A stretch of 64,000 nucleotides of DNA from Octopus sinensis (GCF_006345805.1 NC_043015.1:41478001-41542000), one strand, 5' to 3'. Counted from the first letter of the stretch, positions 37,581 to 50,536 are shown. Numbers and translations: made by a program. The notes: generated from the letters alone by a model not told the origin.

Positions 37581-40500
37581 GCAAGTAGAACCGCTGCTGC
37601 CGCTGCTGTGAAAAAATTAGAAGAAACGATGGTTAAACTGAATCTCTTGGAAGACAGCCACATCGTCATGGTAGATTCTTTGAACCATAAAGAGGCTGTT
37701 TATGAGAAGCTCATGGATGACTATCAAATTACCAAAAATCGTTTAACAGAGAAGATTTCCATCTTAGAAAAATTTCAACTTGAAAAGAACTCGTTAATTG
37801 AAAGTATTCAGTCGATGAATGAAGTAGAGCCAAATAGCCAAGTGGAATTAATTGATGTTGGTAAACTGTTAAGTGAATATAAAAACCAGATTGATGAATT
37901 AAAACAACAGAATCACCTGGCCAGAGAAGAAAATTCCTCGATAAACGAAGAAGAAGTTGCTGTCTTACGAAAGAATCTCTCTGAAAAGGAAGCAAAACTG
38001 CAAGAGGGTGAAGACAAAATTCTTGATTACACCAACCGAATTGCAGAACTCCAAGGAACAAATGAAAACCTCCAACATGAAAACCACAGCGTTAGTGACC
38101 AATGTGAGAATTTGGTAAAGTACAAAAATGATCTCGAAAACCAGTTAACAGCTTTGAAAGCAGATCTTCAGATTGTGGTTGAAGAACTGAAGCAAGCAAA
38201 GGAAGCGGCAGTAAATACCGAAACATTCAAAGTTGAGTTGCAGGAAAAAGAAGCAGAATATTCTTCCTTATTGCAAAAATATACCGATTCTGCCGAAGTG
38301 GTAAGGTATCTTAAAGAGAAGGTCACGATGTTAGAATCATCCTCTGTCAAAGAATCCACTGATGCAGAATGTTCTAAAAATGGCTCAGATTCTAACATTT
38401 CTCTGACCGGCGCCGACCAGAAGGTCGAAGATCTCCACACGGAGAATGCGAAAATGAAGTCAATGTTTGAACATTTGCTGGAACAGAAGGAGAATATTGA
38501 GTATGAGCTTCACGAGTTGAAGGAGGAGACTGAATCTCAGAGGACCCTGTTGCTGAGCAAGACCGAACAGCTGAAAGAATGGGAAAACTTAATGAACATG
38601 ATGAAGGAGGATAAGGAGAGGGCTCTGGTTGATTTGGAGGAGACAGAGCAGCGAGAACTTCATTGGCGGAACGAACTGGAATTTCTGATGAATTCCTTGC
38701 ACGAAGCATTGAACGAGAGGGACAGTCTACGGGAGGAGATGTTTAAATTAACCGAGAAGGACTGTTCTTCCATTGATGAAATTAACAGGATGAAGAAGAA
38801 AGTGGAAGAAATAATTAACGAGAAGTGTCGTTTAGAAGCCGAGTTGGCCCATTTTGAGAATGTGTTGCAGAGAACTCAGGCGGAGAAAGAGAATCTGGAG
38901 AGAGAGAAAGAGTCGATAACAGTTGTGATGCAGTTGGCGGAAGACCACGGGAAGGAAATATCGGAAGAGAACAAGAATCTGAAGGCTTTTAGTGAAAAAT
39001 TGTCCTGCGACAAAGAAGAACTCACCACAACTTTGACAGCTGCCCAAGAAGAATTGGAGGAGTTAAAAGGAAGAGAGAAAGAAATGGCAGAGTCCACTGA
39101 GAATATATACCGTCTTGAAGAATCTCTGCGTAAAAGCAGGGAAGAAAGTGAAGCAATTGAGAAAGAGAAATCAAAAGCATTGAATCAATGTAAAATAAAA
39201 GAGGAATATATCGAAGATGTGGAGAAAGCTCTGTCAGAGAAAAGTAGTTATGTTCAGGAACTTGAGACCAAAATTATTGAATTGTCGAATTCTCTTTCTT
39301 CGATGAAACGGAAATATGATGACATGAAACTAGAAAATGAAAAATCAGAACAGGTTTTGGAAGAAGCTTGGGTAGAGAAAAGTGAGACTCAGACAAGGTT
39401 GAAAGAGGGACTCTTGGAGAAGCAGAGCATTATTGATGAGCTACAGAAGACTATCAGTAAGATGCACGATGCTGCAACAGAAGAAATGAAAATGGTTTAT
39501 TCAGATAACGATCATTACAGAGTTGAAAATTGTGCACTGAAAAAATCGTTCCAGCAATTAGAAGAACAGCTGAATTTGGTGACTGAAGAGAAAATGGAAC
39601 TTGTAAATAGTCTGGAAGAGAAACACAGTCTGAATTCTATCTTGGAAGAAAAATTGACCCTTGCCTGTCAGCAGAAGGAAGTGTTGATGGAAGAAAAAGA
39701 GAAACTCATTAAAACTGTGCAAGAGTCTGCGGAATCTCGGGAGTGTTTAACTCAGGAAAAACAGGAACTTGTTGAATTAAGGGAAAAATTAAAACTCTTT
39801 GAGATGAATAAGAAGAACATTGAAGATTCTGATAGTCATTCGAAGCAGATTTTGGAGAAATTTGAGTTTGAACTTCAGGAGAAAGACAAAAAAATGGAAG
39901 AGATTCAGGTTGAACTTTGCTCTGTGAGAGATGAAAATTCTAATGTAGTTAAAGAAAACGATTGCCTGAAGAAAGATCTTGAAGAACACACTGCAAGAAT
40001 TGATTATTTAACCAATCAGCTTTCAACGTTGGATCAACTGAAGAACAACCTCCAACTCGTCCAAACTGCATTTGAGAATGAGAATGAGGAGCGGAAAAAA
40101 CTGGAATCCAGTCAAGAGGAATTGATAACCGAGAAAAAATTAATGTCTGAAGATTTCAGTGAAAAACTCGAACAGCTTAAACAGGCATCAGACCAGCAGA
40201 CGTCTGTGTTACGTGAGGAAATGAACTCTTTGCAATCGGAACTTGTCGAAAAGGGAAAATCTTTTGACGACCTTTCTTTAGAGTTGAATGAGAAAATAGA
40301 ATTATTGAAAGTGGCTGATGAAGAGATCGAACATTTAGAGAAACTGGTAGATGAAAAGAATTTGGTAGTGGAAGATTTAAAGAAAGTCTTAAAAGAAAAA
40401 TATGATTGCTTATCGGAACTTGAATCTAAACAGAAAGAACTTTGTACATTTAAAGAACAACTTAAAGTATCTTCCGAAGAGGAACTGGTCAAATTAAGGA

Positions 40501-41486
40501 CGTGTCTTGAAACTTTGGAAGCGAAAACACGGGAAGATACAGAAACGATAGGACAATTAAATACCCAGCTTTCTACAGAAACAAAAGAGAAAGAGTCTTT
40601 GAAGGAACAGTTAAACAGGAATCTAACCGGAGAGGAAGAACATCAAAAGAAACAGCAAGAACTTGAAGCTTCTTTGAATGAAAGCATATCAAAGACGGCC
40701 TCTTTAGAAGAATCAGTAAACAATTTCAAAGAATTACTTGAAAAGAAAGAAATTCTGTTAGAAGAAAAATCACAGCTAATCACTACGTTAGAAAATGAAA
40801 GAGATTCTTTGAAACAACAGCTGACAGAGAACCAATGCCTTGTTGAAGAAGAAACGAATTCTGTGAGAAATGTAAAGGAAGATCTTAATAATGAAATTTC
40901 TAAGTCTGAAAGTCTTTGTAGTGAATATGAGGAAAAACTGTCTCAGCTTAATGGAACCATAGTAGAACTGTCAGATAAAGTTTCCTGCTATGAAGGGGAA
41001 ATCCAGAAATTGGAAAGTTCCAAAACTGAACAAGTATCTAACTTGGAATCAACAGCAAGTTCCCTGAAAGATTTCAAAGAATTACTTGAAAAGAAAGAAA
41101 TTTTGTTAGAAGAAAAATCACAACTAATCACTACGTTAGAGAATGAAAGAGATTCTTTGAAACAGCAGCTGACAGAGAACCAACACCTTGTTGAAGAAGA
41201 AACAAGTTCTGTGAGAAATGTAAAAGAAGATCTTAATAATGAAATTTCTAAGTCTGAGAGTCTTCGTTGCGAGTATGAGGAAAAACTGTCTCAGCTTAAT
41301 GGAACCATAGCAGAACTGTCAGATAAAGTTTCCTGCTACGAAGGGGAAATCCAGAAATTGGAAAGTTCCAAGACTGAAGAAGTATTTAACTTGGAATCAA
41401 CAATAAGTGCACTGAGAGAACAAGTAGAATGTCTGAGTTCCGATATTAAGACTGTCAAAGAAGAAGAGAAGCTGAAACAAGCGAGT
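37581..41486 (+). CDS. GCC2: GCC2-like giant exon, 1302 codons of E/K/L-rich coiled coil (ASRTAAAAAVKKLEE...EEKLKQAS), phase 0/0
   Basis: Core of ORF 37494..41564; tttattccag acceptor at 37580, AGT|gtaagt donor at 41487. The ORF N-terminal residues come from intronic CA repeats. Confidence 0.95.
40723..41403 (+). repeat. In-frame 348-bp (116-codon) tandem duplication inside the giant exon
   Basis: atttcaaagaattacttgaaaag at 40723 and 41071; about 19 differences over about 332 aligned bp by hand count. Confidence 0.95.
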
Positions 41487-41600
41487 GTAAGTATTGCAGT
41501 AATCCACGAGATGCTTGTGTTGCTGTTATGTTTAAATCTAAATAAAATTGTTGGAGTCCATTGAAGGACTCTTATGTTGTTGTCAGTATTAACTGTGAGA

Positions 41601-41634
<34 letters not shown>

Positions 41635-41788
41635 GATTCTTGGTGAGTTGAGTCTTTGGTCCAGCTTTCAGTTCCTTGTGGACATGTTGCTTCGGTTGTT
41701 TTTTCCTGTGTATCTCCATGAGGGTTTGACTGGTGTAACTTCATAATTTCTCTCTCTCCTTCTCATTTATAATAAGTATACAATTGCT

Positions 41789-42305
41789 GCGTGGAAGGTG
41801 CTTATAAGCCATTTAAACCTTTCGTTACTGTATTTATTTTGAGATGCTCTGTGTTTCTTTCAATTGATTTTAAATATAACAAAGAATTTAGTAAAATAAC
41901 ATAGTTATCATTCAGCTAGTGTTAGGAACATAAATTGTGATTAAGGTTTGGTGGAAAACTTTAATTTGATACTTATGAAAACAAGACATTTGTACTACAT
42001 AGCCAGAGGCGGTTTCGGCCGGGTTGGTAACAAAAGGATTAAGAAACACACAAAAACCGTTAGATTCACTTCAACATTTAAATTTAATTTGTCAAAATAT
42101 TTTCATCGCTTTGAGACCACAACCTCTTCACTGAAAGAATTCCGTGCTGCATCTCTGATAAAATTCTGTGCAGCACAGAATTTTGTCAGTGAACAGGTTG
42201 CGGTCTCAAAGTGATGAAAATATTTTGGCAAATTAAATTTAAATGTTGAAGTGAATCTAACGGTTTTTGTGTGTTTCTTAAATGGCTTATAAACACCTTC
42301 CACGC
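41789..42305. repeat. Foldback inverted repeat (arms about 140 bp) with a MITE in the left arm
   Basis: gcgtggaaggtgcttataagccatttaa|gaaacac..gagacc..tgctgca mirrored by tgcagca..ggtctc..gtgtttcttaaatggcttataaacaccttccacgc. Confidence 0.9.
41813..42042 (-). mobile_element. piggyBac-type MITE with demonstrable TTAA duplication
   Basis: The uninterrupted right arm shows a single TTAA where the left arm has TTAA-MITE-TTAA. Confidence 0.9.
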
Positions 42306-43083
42306 TTCAATCGTTTTCATTCCAGCACACGATCTCAGATCAGGTCACTTGCTTTGCAAGTACATTTCCGTAATAAGTATACAATTTTATACTTAATTTC
42401 ATTGCAGTTCTTGGATGGATGGTACATTTATTAATGTTCTGTGACTATGCTTTTGATAAAATTTTAGCAAAGTTGCTTCCAATGTAATCCTCCCCTACTC
42501 TCCCCCACCAAAAACTCCCCCAAAAAACAAACAACTAATTTGCATATGTCTATAAATTGAAAATTATTTTTAGTAAAAATAGACATTTAAGCTACAAAGA
42601 TTTTTGTTTGTGCTTTCAGAATTAATAGAAAGAAATGAAATGTTAATCAATAAATTTAAAATTTATTGATTTACATGGAGATAAACCATAAACATAATTC
42701 TTGCACATGAGCATATACATTTGAATGTAGAATTTCTCGAGTTCTTGTGTCTAAAAGTTATCAGATCAAATATCTGCAGAAACATAGAACTGCATGTTCT
42801 TCGTTTTCATGTTCTATCGCTCCTTAGTTTTTTGAGATGGGTATTTAGAGGCAGACTATTTGTACTGCTGGGCATCTTGGGGAGAATATACATACATACA
42901 CATGCACATACATATGTACACACACACACACACACACACACATACATATATACACATACATACACACACATATATACACACATTCATCATCATCATTGTT
43001 TAATGTCCGATGATGATGATAATGTGTGTGTTGTTGAGTAAATGAAAGTGGCACTCAATACATTAGTTGGGGTTTCAAGTGTG

Positions 43084-43117
<34 letters not shown>

Positions 43118-43536
43118 TGTATGTATGTGTATATATATATATATATATATCATTTCTCTTAGCTGAATTTCAGTTATGCAAATTAGTTTGGTCATTAGTG
43201 TATTCTATTCTTTTTTGCCTCTGTCTAACTGTTTCATCTATTGATGACAGCTTTTTAGGTAGAAACATGTATCCACAGCTATTCCGTAGTCTTCTTGATT
43301 CTTGAGATTATCTCCCCTTCTCATTAAGAGTTGATACCAGTTGCCACAGGTGATTGGTCTACCTTCTCTGGAAGTGAAGCTAATTTTAATAAATCATCAG
43401 TTTGTCTTGTATGTTATTTAATATACCTTTATTCATCTTTGTTGCTCAGCTGCATGTCACTGACCACTCTGAGTTATTTCCCTTTGCACCTTTTCATTTC
43501 ATTTCATGTGTGTCGGTGTGTATGTATATATATATA

Positions 43537-43577
<41 letters not shown>

Positions 43578-43583
43578 CATACA

Positions 43584-43691
43584 TTATTTAAAGCAGCAGA
43601 AAAGTCAACAAAACCTTTTACTCTGAGTTTCACGTTGCAACGTGAAACTCAGAGTAACAGGTTTTGTTGAATTTTCTGCTGCTTTAAATAA
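43584..43691. repeat. 108-bp spacerless palindrome centred on GTTG|CAAC
   Basis: 54-bp arms, 2 mismatches (43604/43671 and 43617/43658). Confidence 0.92.
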
Positions 43692-43762
43692 AGCATATTA
43701 CTCTACCACTGGTATTTGAGTACTCTTTTTTCCACCTTGTTTCACATTTATGTGTTTACTCC

Positions 43763-43799
<37 letters not shown>

Positions 43800-43895
43800 T
43801 TTCAACCACAGGATGGAAGTCAGTGTAGCAAGTGACTGACTCTACCAAAATAATATATATATATATATTATATATATATGTATGTATGTGTATAT

Positions 43896-43959
<64 letters not shown>

Positions 43960-44687
43960 CATGTATGTATATGCTTATGTCTTATAGCTGTCAAGTATAT
44001 GTCTGTACAGAAATGTTAATGTGTATTGTAGATATAGTTTATATGTATATATACACGCACATGCATGTATGTGCATGGATGTATATAGATGTGAGTATAT
44101 ATGAATGTCTTAATTATCATTCATTTTTGTTTTGTTTTTCTTTATTGTGTGTGTTTTTGCTGCTCTGTGACTTCCCTTTCATTCGTTATGATATGCTTTG
44201 ATCCGGACAACCTTCTTTCAGCTGACCACTTTGTCCCCTTTTTTGCCCGTGTTCTTGCCAGCATGTTCACCTTTCACCAATTTTCTCCCAGTCTTTCACC
44301 CTTGCATTCTCATTTAGTTGAATGCTTTATTCGTGTGTGGCACCCTCCCTCTTTGAGTTACTCCTTCCTACTTTTCTTCCTCTCTCTCTCTCTCTTTGCT
44401 AGAATGTTTCATTATTTGCTTGTGACCCCCTGAATGTAAAATATGTTGTCCTCTCCTCAACCATTTTTTCAGCTATTTTTTTTATGTCCAACCGTTGCCT
44501 ATTTTATTTTAGTTGTTCGTATCAATCAGTAAAATGGTTTGCTGTGATATTACAGACAGCTCAAAAAATAACATTTCTTCATTTTTTTGTTTTTAATTTT
44601 GTTTTGTATCTATTAAAAATTACATTTTTTTTTAATGAAATTTATATTGGGATTCAATACACACACATACACATGCATGCACACACA

Positions 44688-44800
44688 CAGAGTGGAACCT
44701 TGGTTAGCGAATTTTAATTCATTCTTGAAAGGGTGTTTATTGCCCGAAATATTTGTAAACTAAAACTACTTTTCCCCCTCATCAGAAACTCAAGAGAAGC
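44688..44800 (+). mobile_element. Possible Tigger/pogo-like terminus, decayed
   Basis: cagagtggaaccttggttagcgaa resembles CAGTGGAACCTCGGTT-type TIR starts (recalled); partner TIR not found. Confidence 0.3.
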
Positions 44801-45033
44801 GACAGCAAATTTGAGCTGGGATGTCCACTTAGCAAAAGCTAGACAACAACTGGTGATTCCCTGCTGGTAACTCTCAGTTTGTTGCCAACTGTTGTTGCTA
44901 GGTTGTATGTTCATTACTCGAGACACCATCTGTCACCTGAGATGTTTAGGTTTTGAAAAATTGTTTGCTAACCAATTTGTTCATGATGAGAGGTGGTCAT
45001 AAACTGAGGCTCCATTGTGTGCGCATATGTATA

Positions 45034-45075
<42 letters not shown>

Positions 45076-46544
45076 CACCATTAATAAATCATAAATCCAA
45101 AAGAGACACTCACTCTAAATTGTAGAGTAACTAGATAAAGATAGTTATGGCCAGTTTATGTGATGACCCAGTGTTTCTTGTCCATAAATCTCTAATGGCC
45201 TGGTGGCCTCATAATCATCATCATTTAATGTCCATTTTCCATGCTGGCATGAGTTAGATGGTTTGCCTGGAACTGGTCACAGAGAGAGAGGGAGAGAGAG
45301 AAATAAAGAAAGAAAGAGAGAGAGAGAGAGTAAAAAAAAGTTTTTTTCCCCCCCACATAAATTGAAGTATAAAGTAGAGAAGTGAAAATGAACTTCAAGT
45401 CTTTAAGAAGATTTATTTACATTAGCTCAACTTGTTTTACAATTTCATGGTTTTCAAAAGTAGTCTCAGATAGCTCTACGGTTTATATCATTGTTCCATG
45501 TCCCTCCACCTCAAACTACTTTTTGAATTGTAAAATGAAATTGTGAAAACAGTTACGATATTGTAAATAAATATTCTTAAAAACTCCAGGTGTGTTTTCA
45601 ACTTCATGTCTTTGTACACATGCACACACACTGAAAGAGTACATTAAAATTGCATTGGGCAGTGGAAAATTCAACATTTTAGACTAAGTCCTCCTTCAAG
45701 GAAAAGCTGATAGGCGCGAAGTTCAGAAGGACAGTAGAGTTTTACATCCTTTATATTTAAGAGACTGTCTGCAACTTTTTCTTGAAGGAGGGCTCTGTCC
45801 AAAATGTCGGATTTTTCATTCCTCACAATAATTTCACTGTATTCTTTCTGTTCATTTTTTCTAATAATACAAGCCTTGTGATGGAGATCACCACCAGTCT
45901 CTTTTGATTGTGTTTTATTTTTTATATTTATCCTCATCAAGGTTTAACGTCTGTTTTTACATGCTGGCATGGGTTGGATGGCTTGACAGGAACTGGGAAG
46001 GCCAGGGGCCACACCAGGTCCCATAGTCTGCTTTGGTTTAGTTTCTACAACTGGAACCCCCTTGAGTTTATTCTCAGAACTGGTCTTCATCTGAAGACTG
46101 CTTTCAGCAATTGTCTTAAAACATAACTGAATATTTAATATGAAAATTTAAACTTGGTTAAGTATTTGCTCCTTCCTGCCCTAGCATTTAACCATTTAGT
46201 CCTTCAGTACAAGCTAGATACTGCTATTTATATACAGAACACACACACATCCACACACACTGACAAATAGCTTAATATTCTCAATGGCAATTGAATTACT
46301 TTGGTGTCGGTTCCTCTTTAATAATGCATTAATTCTTATTGTGTTCAAACTTCTTTTTTTTATGGCTAAACTAATTATATTTTCATGTGTCTAATAATAA
46401 TATCAATAACGATAGTAATTACCAATTAATAATTGACCATGGCAGCAGTAGTGATAATAATAATAGTAATAATAAGCTATTTACCTGCAGTCTTTTTATT
46501 GTTGTCTGTAATCTTTTGTGTTATTTACCATTGCTGTTTGTTTG

Positions 46545-46919
46545 TTTGTTTGTTTGTTGAGCGAAGCGGTCTTTGTCCCATTAGTGAGAGAAGTCCGAAA
46601 CGTGACCCTTTGCTATTCGTAAGACCCGCAGAAGAGAAAGCAGGTCAACCCCCGACACCGAGAGCATCGATGGATGGATGAATGCGCATCCAGGCTCAGC
46701 GGTTGCGTAGGAAATCGGGGACAAGAAACAGGAAGAAAGAGGGAGAGAAAGTTGGAGCGAAAGAGTACAACAGGGGTCAACACCACTCCCTGCCGAAACC
46801 TCATGGAGCTTTAGGTGTTTTCACTCAATAAACACACACAACGCCCGGTCTGGGAATCGAAACCGTGATCCTCTGACTGTGAGTCCGCTGCCCTAACCAC
46901 TGGGCCATTGCGCCTCCAC
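46545..46919 (-). mobile_element. SINE family B2, long copy
   Basis: Head ends ...ccactgggccattgcgcctcc at 46919. Confidence 0.8.
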
Positions 46920-47873
46920 TACCGTTGCTGTTGCTGCTGCTGTTTAAGGGTCCATTTTGGTCGTTGGCAAAAATCTAATGAAATGAGAGGTATAAAAAGT
47001 TTGGCTAATTAAACAATGAAGAAAGCCAACTGGAAGTTTTTGACTGTGTCCCTTAAATCTGGGACTACTGGAGAACGAATTAGGAACTTGTAAATAAGTC
47101 CCGTTAACTCTAGGGCCACTGAACTAGCAACTGGGGGTTTGTGATCCAGTCCCTTAACTCTGTGGTTGCTGGACTAGTTAGTAGCTGGGAGTCTATGATT
47201 TAGTCCCTTAACTCTAGGGCCACTGGACTAGCAGCTGGGGGTTTGTATCTGAGACCAGGCTCCTTAACCCTTTTGATACCAACCCACCAGACTGCCCCTT
47301 GTCCTATGGTACAAACTCCATGTGTTAAAGCGATCTTAAAGCCTTCCATCAGGAATTTTTTGTAAATTTAATTTCCAAACACCATCTTAATTAATAACAA
47401 GCTTATTTTATTAAATTCTTCATTATTTTCGAAATTAATTCAAACAAATGAAGTGCATTTCAACAGAAAATATGGTAACAAAAGGATTATTATTATTATC
47501 ATCATCATCATCATCATCATCATTACTGTGGTGATGATGATGTTAGCAAGCTGGCTGAAGCATTAGAATGTTGGAAAAATAAAAAAAAAAGCCCTTGCAA
47601 TGTTTGTTCTAGTTCTTTACATTGTGAGTTCAAATCCTGCCTGGTTCAACTTTGCATTTTATCTTTTTAGAGTCTATAAAATAAACCACCAGTCATCGTT
47701 TCTGTCATCATCGTTATTTTTCAATTCTGTCTTCCATGCTGCCACAGATTGGATGGTTTGACAGAATGTGGCAAGCCAGGGGACCGTGCCAAGCCCTAGT
47801 ATCTCCTTTGACTTGGTTTCTATGGCTGGATGCCCTTCCTGACACCAACTAATTTCCAGAGTGTACCAGGGGC

Positions 47874-48196
47874 TTTTCTTATGGTACCAACTCTAGAGAG
47901 ATTGAATTGTCTTCAAGACAGGACCATATGTACCCCACAGCCCTACACTTTCTTTAACTGATTTACCAATCATTTTACAGGGTGTACTGGGTGCTTTTGT
48001 CTTGGTACCAAACATGTTCCAAGCCTTGGCTTAAATGTCTTTTGTATCATAACCAGTAAATAAAAAGGGATCTTCTTCAGAAAAGCATAAAAGACAAAGG
48101 CACCCAGTACGCTCTGTAAAATGATTAGTATGTGGGGTACATATGGTCCTGTCTTGAAGACAATTCAATCTCTCTAGAGTTGGTACCATAAGAAAA
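47874..48196. repeat. Perfect 66-bp inverted repeat with a 191-bp spacer that holds a second imperfect inverted pair
   Basis: 47874-47939 is the exact reverse complement of 48131-48196. Confidence 0.92.
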
Positions 48197-50154
48197 TTAG
48201 TGAGTGGCTGAGTATTCCACAGACACTTGTGTACCCTTTTGTATAATTTTCTGGCAAAAACCACATGACACTGTGCAATGCAAGGCCGGACCTTTAATTT
48301 CCAGATACGACCCCTCTAATGTGATTCACCTAACTTCCATCTACCCTAATTCATTCACAAGGCTTAGATAAAAACCAAAGCTGTTGCAAATGTCGTGTGC
48401 CCAAGATGCCACACTGCAGAACTGAACCTAGGACCTCATGGTAGCAAAACAAACTTCTTAACCATTTAGCCATTTAGCTGTGTCCATAGAAACCAGTTTA
48501 AGACAACTAAATAGACCGGTCCTCTGTTATGTTTGGTTAATGTGTATTTAGGTTAATGTTTAACAAATAGTTACTATTATTCAAAATAATGAAAGATGAA
48601 TATCTCGTTATGTGTCAATGTTTGAGGCAGTAATTAGCTTTTGAGCATCAGCTGTTGTATGAAGTATTATTCCATTGAACCAATCATTAGTTTGAGATGA
48701 TGTTTGGTATTTACTTTACTGCTGAGTTGACATTAGAACTGGTTCCTTCTGCTTTGCTTTTGATTTATAAGTTAGAAATTGATTTAAAAAAATTTTTTTA
48801 TTCGTGATGTCAGTCAACGTAGACAGATGTTTCTCTGTCTTAGGAAAACATTAGCATAAAACTTGTTCTATCTTTAGTATAAAACTTGTTCTAGCTTTAG
48901 TATAAAATTTGTTCTAGCTTTAGTAAATTCACAAGTTCTGCAGACACTTGTTGGTCTTGTTTCCTATAAATCTTGTTTAGTGTCTGGTCAGAAGGTGCCT
49001 GACCTCTTGGTTAGAGTGCAGCAGTTACGATCGTTGACCAGGTGGAGTGATTCTTGGACAGGGCAGCACCTGAGCAAAACACATCATTCCATGTTGCTCC
49101 AGTCCACTCAGCTATAAAGGAGCACCCCTGTGAGAGACTGGCTTCCCATCCAGGGGAATGTTGTGATCTTGCAAATGGGGTAATTAGCCAGGTGAGTCTT
49201 AGGACTCAACAGAGAACTGCCCAATAATGTCAAGTAAACCCACAAGCAGGAGAGAGGCTTGTAGGTCTTGTTTCCTATACACCTTTTTCCATCTCTAGTA
49301 AACCCACAAGGAATACAGATCCTTTTTTTTAATATTGTTCCCTTAACCTTGGACCTACTCATGCCAGCATGGAAAACAGGCATTAAATGATGATGATGAT
49401 TATCTTGTTATGGCTCTTCCACCATTTATTCTTTGTGTTCTTCTAAAGGCACAAATATAATAATAATAATAATAATAATGATAGGTTCTACCATAGGCAC
49501 AAGGTCTAAAATTTCTTTGAAGAGAGGCAATCATTATAACGTTGACCCAAGTATTCCACTGGTACTTTATTTTGTAAACCCTGGAGGAATGAACAGCAAA
49601 GTTCACCTCAGTAGCATTTGTATTCAGAACATAAAAAAAGCCAGAAGGAATTACTGCAAGTCTTTTTATCCAGTGGCAAGGTGGCAGAATCATTAGAACA
49701 TCGGTAAAAAAAATGCTTTGTGGTGTTTGTTCCAGACATTTACATTCTGGGTTCAAATTCCATTGAAGTCAACTTTGTCTTTTATCCTTTGAGGGTAAAA
49801 AAAAAAGCATGTACCTGTCACGTACTGGAGTTGATATATTCAACTTAGCTACTCCCCTAAAATGATTTGCCTTGTTCCAAAATTATTATTATTAATATTT
49901 ATTATTATTATTATTATTATTATTAATTTTATTAGTATTATTTTTATTATTCTGGGCAAAATGTTTAGCAGCATCTTGTCTGTCTTTACATTCTGAGTTC
50001 AAATCCTGCCAAGATCAACTTTGCCTTTCATCATTTAGCTGTCACTAGAATAAGTACCAATTATGTACTGGGGGTTTTAATCAACTTACCCCTCGCCCCC
50101 AAACACTGGGCTTTTGCCAAAATTAAGCCATTATTATTATTATTATTATTATTA

Positions 50155-50491
50155 TTGAGTGAGAGAGCAGTGCATGCCATCAAAGTGACACTAGGGTAAA
50201 ATATACGAAGCCCAGTATACCCATCATGACTACCCGTCTGATAAGGGTTCACTAGGCACATGCATCACAACCATATGTGCGCGACATGGTGATCTCATAA
50301 TCAAGATAAACAGCACATGACCTTGCAGGTGGGGCCCAGTTAGAATATTCTTCTGGTCGAGCAGCCCATCCCGCTCAAAAGGTCCATGAATAAGGGTTGT
50401 TTAAGGATGTTGAACAAAGCACCCATATTTCCAGAGGTGATTTATTCAAACCCCAAAGTATCCCTCTCAACACATGGCTATGATGCTGCCC

Positions 50492-50492
<1 letters not shown>
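50155..50492 (+). mobile_element. Interspersed repeat family E (unclassified); second copy at 63836-64000
   Basis: ttgagtgagagagcagtgcatgccatcaaagtgacact.. follows (ATT)n at both loci. Confidence 0.7.
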
Positions 50493-50536
<44 letters not shown>

